DNA of 64,000 nt, from NCBI GenBank assembly GCA_963805855.1, contig CAWDVW010000007.1, forward strand, positions 384,001 to 448,000, given 5' to 3'. Source of the DNA: Candidatus Dadabacteria bacterium (lineage in GTDB: Bacteria > Desulfobacterota_D > UBA1144 > Nemesobacterales > CSP1-2). A model generated the notes under the pieces. That model ran no database searches and was not told the origin of the DNA. It saw only the letters and a program-made list of their open reading frames with translations. The position numbers and the translations under genes were made by a program. Position 1 is the stretch's first letter, and each line of letters opens with the position of its first letter. Of this stretch, positions 20,778 through 31,358 are shown piece after piece.

Positions 20778-20834
20778 GGTTTTGTTTTTCAATAGATCAG
20801 GTTAACCATCGAGTATTTGAATCAGTCTACAAAA

Positions 20835-21125
20835 TTAGCAATTAACTATTTTTCTATAGTATTCCTTACTACTCGTACCGATATTAGTCAGATTTTCTAT
20901 ATCGGCTTCCCATTTTAGTGGATTATATCTGATATATTCCCTGATTTTGTTAAAGCTTCTTTCGGTTCTGATTATATGATCGTAGAATGATTTTTGCCAT
21001 TGAAATTTACTATGTTCGCATGAATACCTGATTTTACGGGTAACAGATGATTTGTATTATTGTACTATAGTCGATAATAGCATCTTTGTCCTGTTGGGTA
21101 GGGAACGCATATATGCGTTCCCTAC
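20835..21125 (-). pseudogene. REP-associated tyrosine transposase (RAYT, Y1/IS200-like) C-terminal remnant
   Basis: Manual translation: [77 protein letters not shown]... Contains WQxSFYDHIIR and YIxxNP motifs, an in-frame TAA at 21059-21057, and no N-terminal HUH half. Confidence 0.88.
21098..21125. repeat. GTAG-type REP, perfect 28-bp palindrome (family A)
   Basis: GTAGGGAACGCATATATGCGTTCCCTAC, identical to 8007-8034. Confidence 0.95.
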
Positions 21126-21131
21126 ATGTAA

Positions 21132-21665
21132 TTATACATCTGTATGTCTGACTTGGTTTCTCCGTATATTGTCAAGAGCATTTTCTTCGATTTTAATTCT
21201 TCTTCGAATCAAAATCAAATTGACGATACTGAATAGTATTGACGTTAAATAACAGGAGAATATCAATGGGATGACCGCTATCTCCAATATGACTGCTATG
21301 TAATTTGGATGTTTAAGGTATTTATAGGGGCCCGTGCTTACGCGCTCGGAGCCTGGAACGACGAGGACCTTGGTATTCCAATACACCCCTAAGCTCGATA
21401 TAGCCCAGTACCTGAGTATCTGGGCAATCAAAAAAATAAGCAGGAATACGAGCCAAAATTTGTTTAACTCCCTTTGAAGCGAAAATTTCTCGAGCACGAG
21501 AGAGATAAGAAAGGCAACGTGCGTGACCACAATGTACTTGTAACCATCTCTGTCGAATTCGAGAGCCCCTTTTGATTTGACTATTTGCTCATTACGCTTT
21601 GCAAGACGTAGCTCTAGAAGGCGCTGTGAAACGAGAAGGGCGAGGAATATCCAAAAAAAGATCAT
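21132..21665 (-). CDS. isoprenylcysteine carboxyl methyltransferase family protein (BpsB/SrsB-like)
   Basis: QRLLEL..AKRNE, LRYWAISSLG.YWNTK, GPYKYLKHPNY and RIKIEE motifs; coupled to the PKS. Confidence 0.88.
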   Translation of the reverse strand: MIFFWIFLALLVSQRLLELRLAKRNEQIVKSKGALEFDRDGYKYIVVTHVAFLISLVLEKFSLQRELNKFWLVFLLIFLIAQILRYWAISSLGVYWNTKVLVVPGSERVSTGPYKYLKHPNYIAVILEIAVIPLIFSCYLTSILFSIVNLILIRRRIKIEENALDNIRRNQVRHTDV

Positions 21666-22747
21666 ACAACCTGGAATAAAATTATTTCAGAGCTGAAGCC
21701 GGGACCCAGCGCTGAGATAAGACCATAATCGCCGGCGCCGTATTCGCCGCTATCGAGGAAATCTTTTAAAACATACAGTACAGTAGGTGAGGACATATTG
21801 CCATGATCGCGGAGTACGTTTCTGGAATGACCGAGTGCCCCGTCGGCAAGACCAAGAGATTCTTCATAGGAATTTATGACCTTAATCCCTCCAGGGTGAA
21901 AAACATAATGCTTGACATCATTAATCGAGAGGTCATACATTTCAAGTAGCTCTTCAATATTCTCATGTACATATTTTCTCACAATTGTGGGGATGTCCTT
22001 ACTGAAGATTGCCTTGAACCCCGCATCCACTATTTCCCAACCCATTACATCCAAAGAATCATAGTAAGTCGTAGTCAGGGAATGGATTAGCTTTATGCCT
22101 CCTAGTCCGTAAAGGCGGTGTTCGCATCCTGCCACCAGAGTAGCGGCGGCGCCATCGGAGAATAGAGCCATGGCAACTATATTACTTTTAGAGTAATCTT
22201 CCCTCAATATCGAAAGGCTGCAAATTTCCAGTGCGATCAGAAGAACCGCACTCCTCGGAAAAGCTGTTGTGTACTCCATAGCCCGACTCAGACCTACAGC
22301 CCCTCCTACGCAACCCAATCCCCAGACAGGTGATCGTTTCAGGTGAGGATCGAGTCTTAAGTTATTTATTATTATGGCATCTATGGAAGGGGTTGAAATG
22401 CCCGTACTCGATATATATATGATATGATCAAAATCCGACAGGTGGGCATCTATCTTGCCGATACACTTTCCGATGGCGTCTATTGATAAAGTAGAGGCAT
22501 TCTTGACGTACTCCTCGTTTTTTTCAACAAAACTGTGAGCCTGAAAAAACCATTCCGGGGGCTGAGTGAAATGCCTGGATTCTATCATTGAGTTATCAAA
22601 AACTCTTATCATTTTATCTATATGATCGCGCTTATCGCTGAAAAGTTGATAGGTGAAATTCTTAATATCACTCTGAGAAAAGTGATATGGGACGTCAGCA
22701 AGTCCTACAGAAATCAGTTTCGGGTTACCCTCTGTCTTTGATAGCAA
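21662..22747 (-). CDS. type III polyketide synthase (BpsA/SrsA-like)
   Basis: Catalytic triad in WGLGCVGG, HPGG and HGNMSS; also ALFSDGA and ALGPGFS. Confidence 0.93.
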   Translation of the reverse strand: MLSKTEGNPKLISVGLADVPYHFSQSDIKNFTYQLFSDKRDHIDKMIRVFDNSMIESRHFTQPPEWFFQAHSFVEKNEEYVKNASTLSIDAIGKCIGKIDAHLSDFDHIIYISSTGISTPSIDAIIINNLRLDPHLKRSPVWGLGCVGGAVGLSRAMEYTTAFPRSAVLLIALEICSLSILREDYSKSNIVAMALFSDGAAATLVAGCEHRLYGLGGIKLIHSLTTTYYDSLDVMGWEIVDAGFKAIFSKDIPTIVRKYVHENIEELLEMYDLSINDVKHYVFHPGGIKVINSYEESLGLADGALGHSRNVLRDHGNMSSPTVLYVLKDFLDSGEYGAGDYGLISALGPGFSSEIILFQVV

Positions 22748-23001
22748 TTGGCCTCAATCTCGAAGGATAATGTTATTGGTCTAAGTTTACAAATAAAAGT
22801 TAGCTGACATATTATACTTATTCAATCAAAGGCTTAGATACGTAATGCATGACTATTGGAATATCATTTCATCCTGCTGAGTCCTGTCGTCGATCTTATC
22901 AATCCTTTTACCATAGAGAATTTAGATCTGATAACTTGGGTAGAGGCTCTTTATGGTAAACTGAACTGTAATTATAATATCTTGAAAGGAGGGAAATCAA
23001 C

Positions 23002-24471
23002 TTGGACTTTAAGCTAAGCAAACGTGATCCACTGGAAGTGAAATGCGACGTGCTGGTTTTCGGGAAGTTTGAAAATGAGAGGATTGGAGGGTTGATTAAA
23101 AAGGCAGATAAGGCCATGGAGAATGTGCTGGATCGTACATTCGAGCAAGAAAAATTTAAGGGCGAAATAGGAAAGAGTGTAATGATAAATGCCCTGGGCA
23201 AATTAAAGGCTGACCGAATCCTGATAGTCGGCCTCGGGAAAAAGTCTAAATTTAATCTCGACGTGTTAAGGAAGCTGGGAATTCACACCGCCAAAAGAAC
23301 TAATTCACTTTCGCAAAGAACAGCCTTTGCTCTTGAAATCTCGGCGAATAGGGGAAATTTCGCAGCAGTTGCTGAGGGAATGATGCTTGGGTGCTATAAC
23401 TTCAATAAGTACAAGACAAACGATAAAGGCTCTGAGGGGGACCGGACGGTGGAGTTTATCACCGATAAGGTTAGGGAGAAAATGTTCAGCGGTGAGGTTG
23501 AATACGCAAAAATCATCGCAGAAGCGACCAATTTCGCGAGAGACTTGGTGAATGAACCTCCCTTGGCCCTGACGCCAAAAAGGCTCGCCGAGATTGCAGC
23601 AGAGATTGCAAAAGATGGGAAACTCGGCTGTAAGATTTTCGATACAAAGGAGATCGAAAAGAGAGGAATGGGGGGTCTGACCGCAGTTTCAAAAGGAAGC
23701 GATGAGCCGCCAAAGTTTATACATCTAACATTTGAATCAACAAGAACGCCAAGAAAAACAGTTGCAATTGTGGGCAAGGGAATTACATTCGATTCGGGTG
23801 GCCTATGTATAAAACCCAGCGACAGCATGCGAACGATGAAGATGGACATGAGTGGAGCGGCCTGCATCCTGGGTGTCATGAAGGCACTTCCAAAGCTAAA
23901 CCCCCCGGTAAGAGTCCATGGGCTCGTCTCTGCGGCTGAAAACATGCCCGGCGGAAAGGCGTATAAACCGGACGACATAATCCGCGCACTCGACGGGAAG
24001 ACAATAGAGGTTGTCAACACAGATGCAGAGGGCAGAATTGTTCTCGCTGACGCCCTCTGCTATGCCGTTCAACTAAAGATCAAAGAAATAGTAGACCTCG
24101 CAACCCTTACCGGGGCATGCATAGTGGGACTGGGGAACTATACTGCGGGTGTAATGGGTAATAATCAACCATTGATAAATCGGATTCTCGATGCTGCAAA
24201 CCTGGCAGGCGAAAAGGTATGGCAGCTTCCGCTCGACGAAGAACTCAGAAAGGAGATTGATAGTGATGTTGCGGATGTTAAAAATGTTGGCAGTCGATGG
24301 GGAGGCGCGATTACAGCAGCAATGTTCTTAGAGAAGTTTGTCGGTGATACCCCGTGGGCGCACATCGACATTGCCGGACCAGCGTACTTAGAGAAGGGCG
24401 GCGATTGGTATCCCAAGGGCGGGACCGGTTTCGGGGTAAGAACAGTTATACGTTACCTGCTGGGACGATAA
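23002..24471 (+). CDS. pepA: leucyl aminopeptidase (M17)
   Basis: VGKGITFDSGG, MKMDMSGAA, NTDAEGR and WAHIDIAG motifs. Confidence 0.96.
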   Translation: MDFKLSKRDPLEVKCDVLVFGKFENERIGGLIKKADKAMENVLDRTFEQEKFKGEIGKSVMINALGKLKADRILIVGLGKKSKFNLDVLRKLGIHTAKRTNSLSQRTAFALEISANRGNFAAVAEGMMLGCYNFNKYKTNDKGSEGDRTVEFITDKVREKMFSGEVEYAKIIAEATNFARDLVNEPPLALTPKRLAEIAAEIAKDGKLGCKIFDTKEIEKRGMGGLTAVSKGSDEPPKFIHLTFESTRTPRKTVAIVGKGITFDSGGLCIKPSDSMRTMKMDMSGAACILGVMKALPKLNPPVRVHGLVSAAENMPGGKAYKPDDIIRALDGKTIEVVNTDAEGRIVLADALCYAVQLKIKEIVDLATLTGACIVGLGNYTAGVMGNNQPLINRILDAANLAGEKVWQLPLDEELRKEIDSDVADVKNVGSRWGGAITAAMFLEKFVGDTPWAHIDIAGPAYLEKGGDWYPKGGTGFGVRTVIRYLLGR

Positions 24472-24521
24472 TTAAATACCCAACAATACCAAAATATATC
24501 CGATGGAGAACCTTGCTATAA

Positions 24522-26168
24522 ATGCTGCAGAGAATAATTGACTCGCTTGGCAAATATAACCTTATTGAGATAGTACTTGAAGGTGAATTGCCCGAAGAAG
24601 AAGAAAAATCTCTAATACCATTTTTTCCAAGAAAGAAAAAGCTCACCATATGGGACTTAGAAAAAATATTTGATCATGCAGCGAAAAGCCAAAGCGTCAA
24701 AGGTGTCCTGCTGATAATTAGGAATCTCAAGATCGGTTTGGCGAGGGCATGGGGAATTAGAAGAAATATATGCGAGTTAAGAGAAAGCGGGAAAATGGTT
24801 TCTGTCTATCTAGAAGCTGGTGGAAATATTGAATACCTGATCAGCTCGGCCGCTGAAATGATTTTCTTTTCGCCATGGTCAACACTGAATTTGGTAGGTC
24901 TCAAAGCGGAAGTCTCTTTTCTGAAAGACACGTTTGATAGACTCGGTATAGAGGCGCAGCTCAGGGGCCTTGGTCAGTATAAAAGCGCGGCCGAAACATT
25001 TACGAGAACAAGTATGTCAGATCCCCATAGAGAGATGCTGGCTTCAATTCTTGACGACTTTTACGAGCAGTTTATTGAAAGTATTTCTCATGGCAGGGGA
25101 ACCGAAGATAATTCAATAAGAGAATTGGTGGACAGGGGTCCTTTCACGGCGGAAGACGCGCTTCGAGAGGGACTTGTGGACGGGATTGGTTATCAAGGTG
25201 ATTTCGAGGAGAAAATACGGGAGTCGCTAGCCATTCAAATAAGAAAGATAGGTGCATTAAGTTTATTGAGACTCATTAATTTTAAGGAGTTTATTCGACG
25301 TGTTATTGCAAAGATTAAAGGTAAATCTCAGGTCATCGCAATCGTGGCTGACTCAGGGATGATTTCTCACGGATCGAGCAAAGGCACCGGAATGGCAAAG
25401 ATACTGGGTTCCCAGACAATCATTAGCCACCTGAATAATCTGGCCAAAGACCGCGATGTAAAGGCGATTGTCTTACGGATTCTCACACCAGGGGGTTCTG
25501 GCCTAGCCTCTGATTTGATATGCCACCAGCTTAAGGTCATCGCCGAACAGAAACCGATTGTTGTGTCAATGTCTGACGTAGCCGCTTCCGGCGGTTATCT
25601 CATTGGATTAGGAGCTAATAAAATAGTGGCCGAACCATTCACCCTAACCGGATCGATTGGGATAATATCGGGAAAATTCAACCTACAAAAACTCTACGAC
25701 AAACTGGGAGTGGTAAAGGAATCTGTTATACGCGGCAAGAGTGCCCTGATGTTTTCCAGCTCGAGGGGTTTTACGAAGACTGAAGAAGAGAATCTATTAA
25801 AAATGATGAAATCCCTCTATAATCGGTTTGTCGAAAGGGTTGCAAGAGAGAGAAAGAAGGATTTTGAGAATGCTGAAAGCCTGTCACGGGGAAGGGTGTG
25901 GACAGGGAGACAGGCGAAAAACCATGGTCTCATAGACGAGATTGGCGGCATGAGATTAGCTATCGAAGTGGCGAAGAGAGAGGCCGGCATACCCGAGACT
26001 ATTTCTCCTATTGTTAAGTTTATTTCAAAGCCAAAAGGACTTCAATTTGATCCTTTCGCAAAGAGTATTGCATTGAAACAGCAGTTCGAAACACTGATCG
26101 AATTAGCGACTAATCTGAACGATGAATCTGCTTTCGCACTGATGCCATTCTGGATCAGAATAAGATAA
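24522..26168 (+). CDS. sppA: signal peptide peptidase SppA (long form, S49)
   Basis: YKSAAETF, TPGGS, SMSDVAASGGY, TGSIG and GRVWTG motifs. Confidence 0.9.
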   Translation: MLQRIIDSLGKYNLIEIVLEGELPEEEEKSLIPFFPRKKKLTIWDLEKIFDHAAKSQSVKGVLLIIRNLKIGLARAWGIRRNICELRESGKMVSVYLEAGGNIEYLISSAAEMIFFSPWSTLNLVGLKAEVSFLKDTFDRLGIEAQLRGLGQYKSAAETFTRTSMSDPHREMLASILDDFYEQFIESISHGRGTEDNSIRELVDRGPFTAEDALREGLVDGIGYQGDFEEKIRESLAIQIRKIGALSLLRLINFKEFIRRVIAKIKGKSQVIAIVADSGMISHGSSKGTGMAKILGSQTIISHLNNLAKDRDVKAIVLRILTPGGSGLASDLICHQLKVIAEQKPIVVSMSDVAASGGYLIGLGANKIVAEPFTLTGSIGIISGKFNLQKLYDKLGVVKESVIRGKSALMFSSSRGFTKTEEENLLKMMKSLYNRFVERVARERKKDFENAESLSRGRVWTGRQAKNHGLIDEIGGMRLAIEVAKREAGIPETISPIVKFISKPKGLQFDPFAKSIALKQQFETLIELATNLNDESAFALMPFWIRIR

Positions 26169-26199
26169 GACGGTTGAGGAGGTTAAATCTTAGGGTCGG

Positions 26200-27126
26200 T
26201 TATCGGTTTAGAAATTCCAGCCATTTAAAAAACTTTTTATCTTTGCCTCGAATTATATCAAAAAATCTAGCCTGCAGTCTTTTTGTGATCCTTCCGGGTT
26301 TACCATTACCTATTTTTCTGCCGTCAACCTCCCGTAAGGGGGTAATTTCGGCTGCCGTGCCGGTGAGAAATGCCTCGTCGGCAATATATAGTTCGTCTCT
26401 GGTGAATCTCTCAGTCTCGATCTCAAGTCCCTCATCGTTCGCTATCTCGATGATACAATTTCTCGTAATTCCCTCGAGTATTGAGGTGAGAGGAGGAGTC
26501 TTCAATCTCCCATTTCTCACGATGAAGATATTTTCACCGCTACCCTCTGCGACGTAGCCTTCGTTATCCAGCATTATAGCTTCATCGAATCCCAGGGATG
26601 TAACCTCAAGCTTCGCCAAAACGGAGTTAACATAGTTTCCGCTAATTTTCGCCTTGGTCATGAAGGAGTTTACGTTCATTCTGGTGTACGAGGAGATCTT
26701 GGCTTTTATGCCCTTTGTCACACCGTCACCACCGAAGTATGCGCCCCATGGGTACGCAGCGATAGCGACACGCACCGGGTTTTTCCCGGGATGCACTCCC
26801 ATAATTCCCGAGCCGATGAAAACGATTGGTCTTATATAACCCTCTTGCAGCTTGTTTTTTATGAGTAGTTCGAATATAGCATTCCTTATTTCCTTTTTCG
26901 AGAAAGGTATGGCTATTTGTGCGATATGCGCAGATGAAAAAAGCCTGTCAATATGTTCAGTCAGTCGGAATATCGCGGGACGGTTATCCTGACATTTATA
27001 AGCTCTTATTCCTTCGAACACGCCCAATCCGTAGTGGAGCGTATGTGTAAGTACATGTACGTCTGCCCGGTCCCATGGTACAAGTTTCCCATCAAACCAA
27101 ATTTTATAAGCCTTACGGGACATCAA
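26200..27126 (-). CDS. ilvE: branched-chain amino acid aminotransferase
   Basis: [36 protein letters not shown] and TGTAAEITP motifs. Confidence 0.96.
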   Translation of the reverse strand: MMSRKAYKIWFDGKLVPWDRADVHVLTHTLHYGLGVFEGIRAYKCQDNRPAIFRLTEHIDRLFSSAHIAQIAIPFSKKEIRNAIFELLIKNKLQEGYIRPIVFIGSGIMGVHPGKNPVRVAIAAYPWGAYFGGDGVTKGIKAKISSYTRMNVNSFMTKAKISGNYVNSVLAKLEVTSLGFDEAIMLDNEGYVAEGSGENIFIVRNGRLKTPPLTSILEGITRNCIIEIANDEGLEIETERFTRDELYIADEAFLTGTAAEITPLREVDGRKIGNGKPGRITKRLQARFFDIIRGKDKKFFKWLEFLNR

Positions 27127-27253
27127 AATCTCCTAGAAAATGGCGAAGAGTAAAAAAGCACATAGAATATTGCTTACAATATACATGGTTGTCAAGTATA
27201 TTCTGCCTATTTTCTTGACTACGGCGGTTTTCTGGGAATAATTATATTTGCAT

Positions 27254-27874
27254 ATGCAAGAAAATTTATCCGGACACGTCGTAATTAAGAAATATAGCAA
27301 CAGACGTCTCTATGATACCAAACATAAAAAATATGTTACCTTAGAAGAGATCGGCGCACTTATTCGCGAGGGTAGCGAGATTAAGGTGATCGACACTCAG
27401 ACCGGAGAAGATATATCGAAGCTGATTCTGATTCAGGTGGTTTTGGAAAGCGAAAAAAATAAAGAAGATATACTTCCGGTATCCTTCCTGCACATGCTTA
27501 TAAAATATGGCAATAAGATCGCAAGAGACTTTATCGAGAACTCATTCCTCATGATGTTCCAACCGTATTTATCGTTTCAAGATAGTTTGAAAAAGAACAT
27601 GAGTTTGTGGAAGGGGACGGGGTTGATGCCGCCAGGGCTCGAGATGCCTTTTCCCTCTGAGGGACAGGATGTAACGTCAGAAAGAAAAAATGATCATGAG
27701 CCCGAGTCTTCGCCCGAGGCGGAAGAATCACAACCTTCGCCTTTGGAACTTGAGGCGCTGCGACAAAAGATAAAGGAACTCGATAACAAAATTCAGAAGT
27801 TGGATAGAGGTCATCGGGTTAAGTCGAAGAAGCGAGTTAGTCGCTCAAAAACTATTAAAGCCTCAAATCCCTGA
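27254..27874 (+). CDS. phaR: polyhydroxyalkanoate synthesis regulator PhaR-like DNA-binding protein
   Basis: IKKYSNRRLYDT...YVTLEEI..LIREG...VID..TGEDI N-terminal signature. Confidence 0.8.
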   Translation: MQENLSGHVVIKKYSNRRLYDTKHKKYVTLEEIGALIREGSEIKVIDTQTGEDISKLILIQVVLESEKNKEDILPVSFLHMLIKYGNKIARDFIENSFLMMFQPYLSFQDSLKKNMSLWKGTGLMPPGLEMPFPSEGQDVTSERKNDHEPESSPEAEESQPSPLELEALRQKIKELDNKIQKLDRGHRVKSKKRVSRSKTIKASNP

Positions 27875-27916
27875 AATTTACGATTTATACGTAAAGAGTC
27901 ATAATCTGCGGTCACG

Positions 27917-28576
27917 CTATCTAATAGTCAGTGTACCGGCAGTCACAACATTATTTGATTCGAGGATTCCCCTGACTTTAACTTTTGTACCAATATCTTC
28001 ACAAAAACAGGGTTCATTCCTGCAACCCGTTATATTGGTTGTGGGGGTAATATTTACTATTACGAAAACCTTCGGATTACTGTTTCGCGTTTGTACCTCA
28101 AGCGTTCCGGTATTAACATCACAATTATTCTCTATTACAGTACCGTTAAAGTTAGTGACAATCTGATTAATAAAAATCACATTCCCGTTTTCAATGTTTA
28201 TCGTACCGAGTTCAAGTGTCGCACCTCTGTAAACATTGAGGAAAGTTGTGGCAAAAGACGGAGGGTCTAGCTGTTCTCTAAAGTCCAGTCTGGTGGATGA
28301 CCCTGAAAAAAGGCCCTCAATTATAAAGAATCCCGAGCTAGGCAGAGTGTCGGATAAGTCGGGGTTGTTATTCACAACTACAAAAGTCCCTTCGACCGGG
28401 ATACTATCGGGCACTATGCTGGTTACGTTTCCCTGAACGGTCTCAAAGCTGTCCCCTCCATCCCCTCCACCTCCACCTCCACCAAACTCAATATCACATC
28501 CCAATAAGGCAATAAGTGTTATGAATATAATATTGAGCATAACAATTTTAGGTAAAATAGAATTTTGAAGACTCAT
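27917..28576 (-). CDS. hypothetical lipoprotein with Gly-rich linker
   Basis: ALLGC lipobox, GGGGGGGDGGD, beta-rich body; GGAGG RBS. Confidence 0.7.
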   Translation of the reverse strand: MSLQNSILPKIVMLNIIFITLIALLGCDIEFGGGGGGGDGGDSFETVQGNVTSIVPDSIPVEGTFVVVNNNPDLSDTLPSSGFFIIEGLFSGSSTRLDFREQLDPPSFATTFLNVYRGATLELGTINIENGNVIFINQIVTNFNGTVIENNCDVNTGTLEVQTRNSNPKVFVIVNITPTTNITGCRNEPCFCEDIGTKVKVRGILESNNVVTAGTLTIR

Positions 28577-28713
28577 ACAAATCCTCCGATTTCTCGTCTA
28601 TTTCAGCAGATCCTTAATTATAACCTTGGTAAATGAATTTTCCATTATGTTCGAAACTAATCTCATGGTAAATTGATACGGGTAATATCCTGCTGGGTTA
28701 CTGATCCTATCAA

Positions 28714-29961
28714 ATGAACACATTGGCAAAGGTTCTCTTTATAAACCACTCGGTAAGAGATGGAGGCCCGGGAAGAAGCCTTTATTATATCCTAAAGTAT
28801 ATTGATAAAACAAAGGTAAGCCCATACGTACTGGTCCCGAAACATGACGTCTTTTCAGACCTCCTTAGGAATGTCGGCCTAGCCGACAACATAATAGTCG
28901 ATCGCAGGTTCCCGGAAAACATACTGAGGCCGCGATTCGAAGAAGATAAGCAGTTCAGGGAAAACGATGGCTCAAGATTATATCCGGGAGCATTGAAATT
29001 CATATCTGTTGCTTTAAACGTAATTGACCTACTATCTCTCATATTAACTTCTCCGTTTTCAAAGACTTTCAGAGACGAAGATCTAATATACTGCAACGGA
29101 ACATTGGCTAAGATAACAGGCTCACTTATTGGCCTATTAAACCGTCGGCAGGTTATCTGGCATGTAAGAAATGTACAACAAACAAAAACACTCCTGGCTA
29201 CTATCAACCTCCTGTCTTTACTGCCCGTGGTGAAAAGGATTATTTGTGTCTCAACCGCCGCAGCGAGCCAGTTTCGTTACAGCAAAGACAAGATAACGGT
29301 TATTCATAACGGTATTGACACCGAAGAGTACGACCCCCGAAGATCTGTCGGAACGTTACGGAGAGAATACGATATCAAGAAGGGTACAGTGATCGTGGGC
29401 AGTGTAGGAAGGATTGTTCCAAGGAAAGGTTATGAATTTCTGATCGAAGCTGCGAATGCAGTTCGCAATGAGCTTGGCGATAAAAACCCCAGGGTTAAAT
29501 TTGTTGTGGTTGGTGACACACCCCATTTCTTTCGAAATGATCATCTCTATTATATAAAAGGATTGGTCAGTCAATGCGGTCTGGAGGACTACTTCATATT
29601 TACAGGTTACAAAACTGACATACGGCCTTATCTAAAAGATTTCGACATTTTTGTTATACCATCGAATTATCCAGACCCTTTTCCACGTACGGTGATAGAA
29701 GCAATGTCTTTTGCAATTCCAGTCGTGGGTTTCAGGGTAGGGGGGGTAGTAGAATCTGTCGCGAATCAAGAAACTGGCCTCTTGAGCGATCCTGGAAATA
29801 CCGGGGACATGGGCAAAAATATTTCAGATCTCATTCTTGATAAAGCGCTCAGAAAAAAAATGGGCATCGCGGGCAGGAAAAGGGCAAGCGAGTTATTTTC
29901 CGCAGAAGAGAGGTCAAAGGAAATTGAAAAGAACATTCTTGATCTCTTAAAAACCACATGA
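28714..29961 (+). CDS. glycosyltransferase family 4
   Basis: IHNGID, VGRIVPRKG and FVIPSNYPDPFPRTVIEAM motifs. Confidence 0.9.
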   Translation: MNTLAKVLFINHSVRDGGPGRSLYYILKYIDKTKVSPYVLVPKHDVFSDLLRNVGLADNIIVDRRFPENILRPRFEEDKQFRENDGSRLYPGALKFISVALNVIDLLSLILTSPFSKTFRDEDLIYCNGTLAKITGSLIGLLNRRQVIWHVRNVQQTKTLLATINLLSLLPVVKRIICVSTAAASQFRYSKDKITVIHNGIDTEEYDPRRSVGTLRREYDIKKGTVIVGSVGRIVPRKGYEFLIEAANAVRNELGDKNPRVKFVVVGDTPHFFRNDHLYYIKGLVSQCGLEDYFIFTGYKTDIRPYLKDFDIFVIPSNYPDPFPRTVIEAMSFAIPVVGFRVGGVVESVANQETGLLSDPGNTGDMGKNISDLILDKALRKKMGIAGRKRASELFSAEERSKEIEKNILDLLKTT

Positions 29962-29979
29962 TTGATACTTAACCTATTA

Positions 29980-31347
29980 TTATCGAGCAATTTGTTTATA
30001 TCTTTTTCTCCGCGCCCTGAATATGAATTTCACAGGTACACCCTCAAGTGGGAGCTCATCCCGAAATCGATTTTCCAGATATCTCACATAATTATCAGGC
30101 ACTCCCTTGATGGAGTTTGTAAATATCACATAAGTGGGAGGATTGCTCATGGGCTGGGATATATAATAGAACTTGATCTCCTTGCCGCCATAATGAGGAG
30201 GAGGATTGATAGACGTGGTCTTGTTGAGTAGATTATTTAGCACCTTGGTGGTGAGCCGTCGGTATAGGTTGTCGTAAACCAGATCAACCTTTTCAAAAAT
30301 TTTATTTACGTTTTTCCCGGTCAGTGCTGAAACTAGCATTACAGGCGCGAAGTTTGTCGCTCTCAGTTTGTCTCTCACAATGTCCTGTATCCCTGGTATT
30401 TCAGAAACGTCTCTTGGCACAAGATCCCATTTGTTTAGCAAAATTATACATCCCTTACCCTTATCCTTTATTAGTTCCGAGAGTCTGGCATCTTGATGAG
30501 TGGGGCCGTCCTGTGGCTCTATCATGTGTAAAACTACGTCGGTTCTCTCTATCGATTTTATCGCCCTCATCACACTGAATCTTTCCACCGAAGAAGTGAT
30601 CTTCGACCTTCTTCTGATGCCCGCTGTATCAATAAAGATGTACTTCTTCCCCCTCCTATCTAGTATAGTATCCACCGAGTCCCTCGTGGTTCCAGGTAGA
30701 GGACTTGTCAGCAATCGCTCCTCTCCGATGATTCGATTTATAAGAGTCGATTTGCCAACATTAGGTTTTCCTATTACAGCGACCCGTATTTCTTGTTTAT
30801 CGGCGATATCATCGCTCCTGTATTCAACGACAGCTGTCCTATCCAGAATTGCGTCCAAGAGCTCGTCTATTTTCCTGCCATGTGCCGCCGATATAGTCAT
30901 AGGGTCATCAATTCCCAGTGAATGAAAATCGACTGCCCTGATTTCGTGTTTCTCATCGTCTATTTTATTGATAACACTTATTACGTTCTTATCTGATTTC
31001 CTTAGCATATCTAAGATCTCTCTATCCTGGGGCATCACACCGGACTGACCATCGAGAAGGAAGATTATCAAGTCGGCTTCTTCAATGGCTATCCGAATTT
31101 GGCCCCTAGATAGGGAAAGGTGGAGATCGTCGGTTTCGGGTTCAAACCCTCCTGTATCAACGAGCTCAAACTCCAGCCCCCTCCATTCCGCCGTTGCATA
31201 ATTCCGATCTCTCGTAACACCAGGAATATCCTCGACTATTGCCTTTCTCCACCCGATTAGCCTATTAAAAAGAGAGGATTTACCTACGTTGGGTCTTCCA
31301 ACAATTGCGACAAGAGGCTTTGTTCTCGAAATGGAATTTTGGTTCAT
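29980..31347 (-). CDS. der: ribosome biogenesis GTPase Der (EngA)
   Basis: Two G domains (GRPNVGKS, GKPNVGKS; DTGG, DTAG) plus a KH-like C-terminus. Confidence 0.97.
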   Translation of the reverse strand: MNQNSISRTKPLVAIVGRPNVGKSSLFNRLIGWRKAIVEDIPGVTRDRNYATAEWRGLEFELVDTGGFEPETDDLHLSLSRGQIRIAIEEADLIIFLLDGQSGVMPQDREILDMLRKSDKNVISVINKIDDEKHEIRAVDFHSLGIDDPMTISAAHGRKIDELLDAILDRTAVVEYRSDDIADKQEIRVAVIGKPNVGKSTLINRIIGEERLLTSPLPGTTRDSVDTILDRRGKKYIFIDTAGIRRRSKITSSVERFSVMRAIKSIERTDVVLHMIEPQDGPTHQDARLSELIKDKGKGCIILLNKWDLVPRDVSEIPGIQDIVRDKLRATNFAPVMLVSALTGKNVNKIFEKVDLVYDNLYRRLTTKVLNNLLNKTTSINPPPHYGGKEIKFYYISQPMSNPPTYVIFTNSIKGVPDNYVRYLENRFRDELPLEGVPVKFIFRARRKRYKQIAR

Positions 31348-31358
31348 GGCAAATAAAT

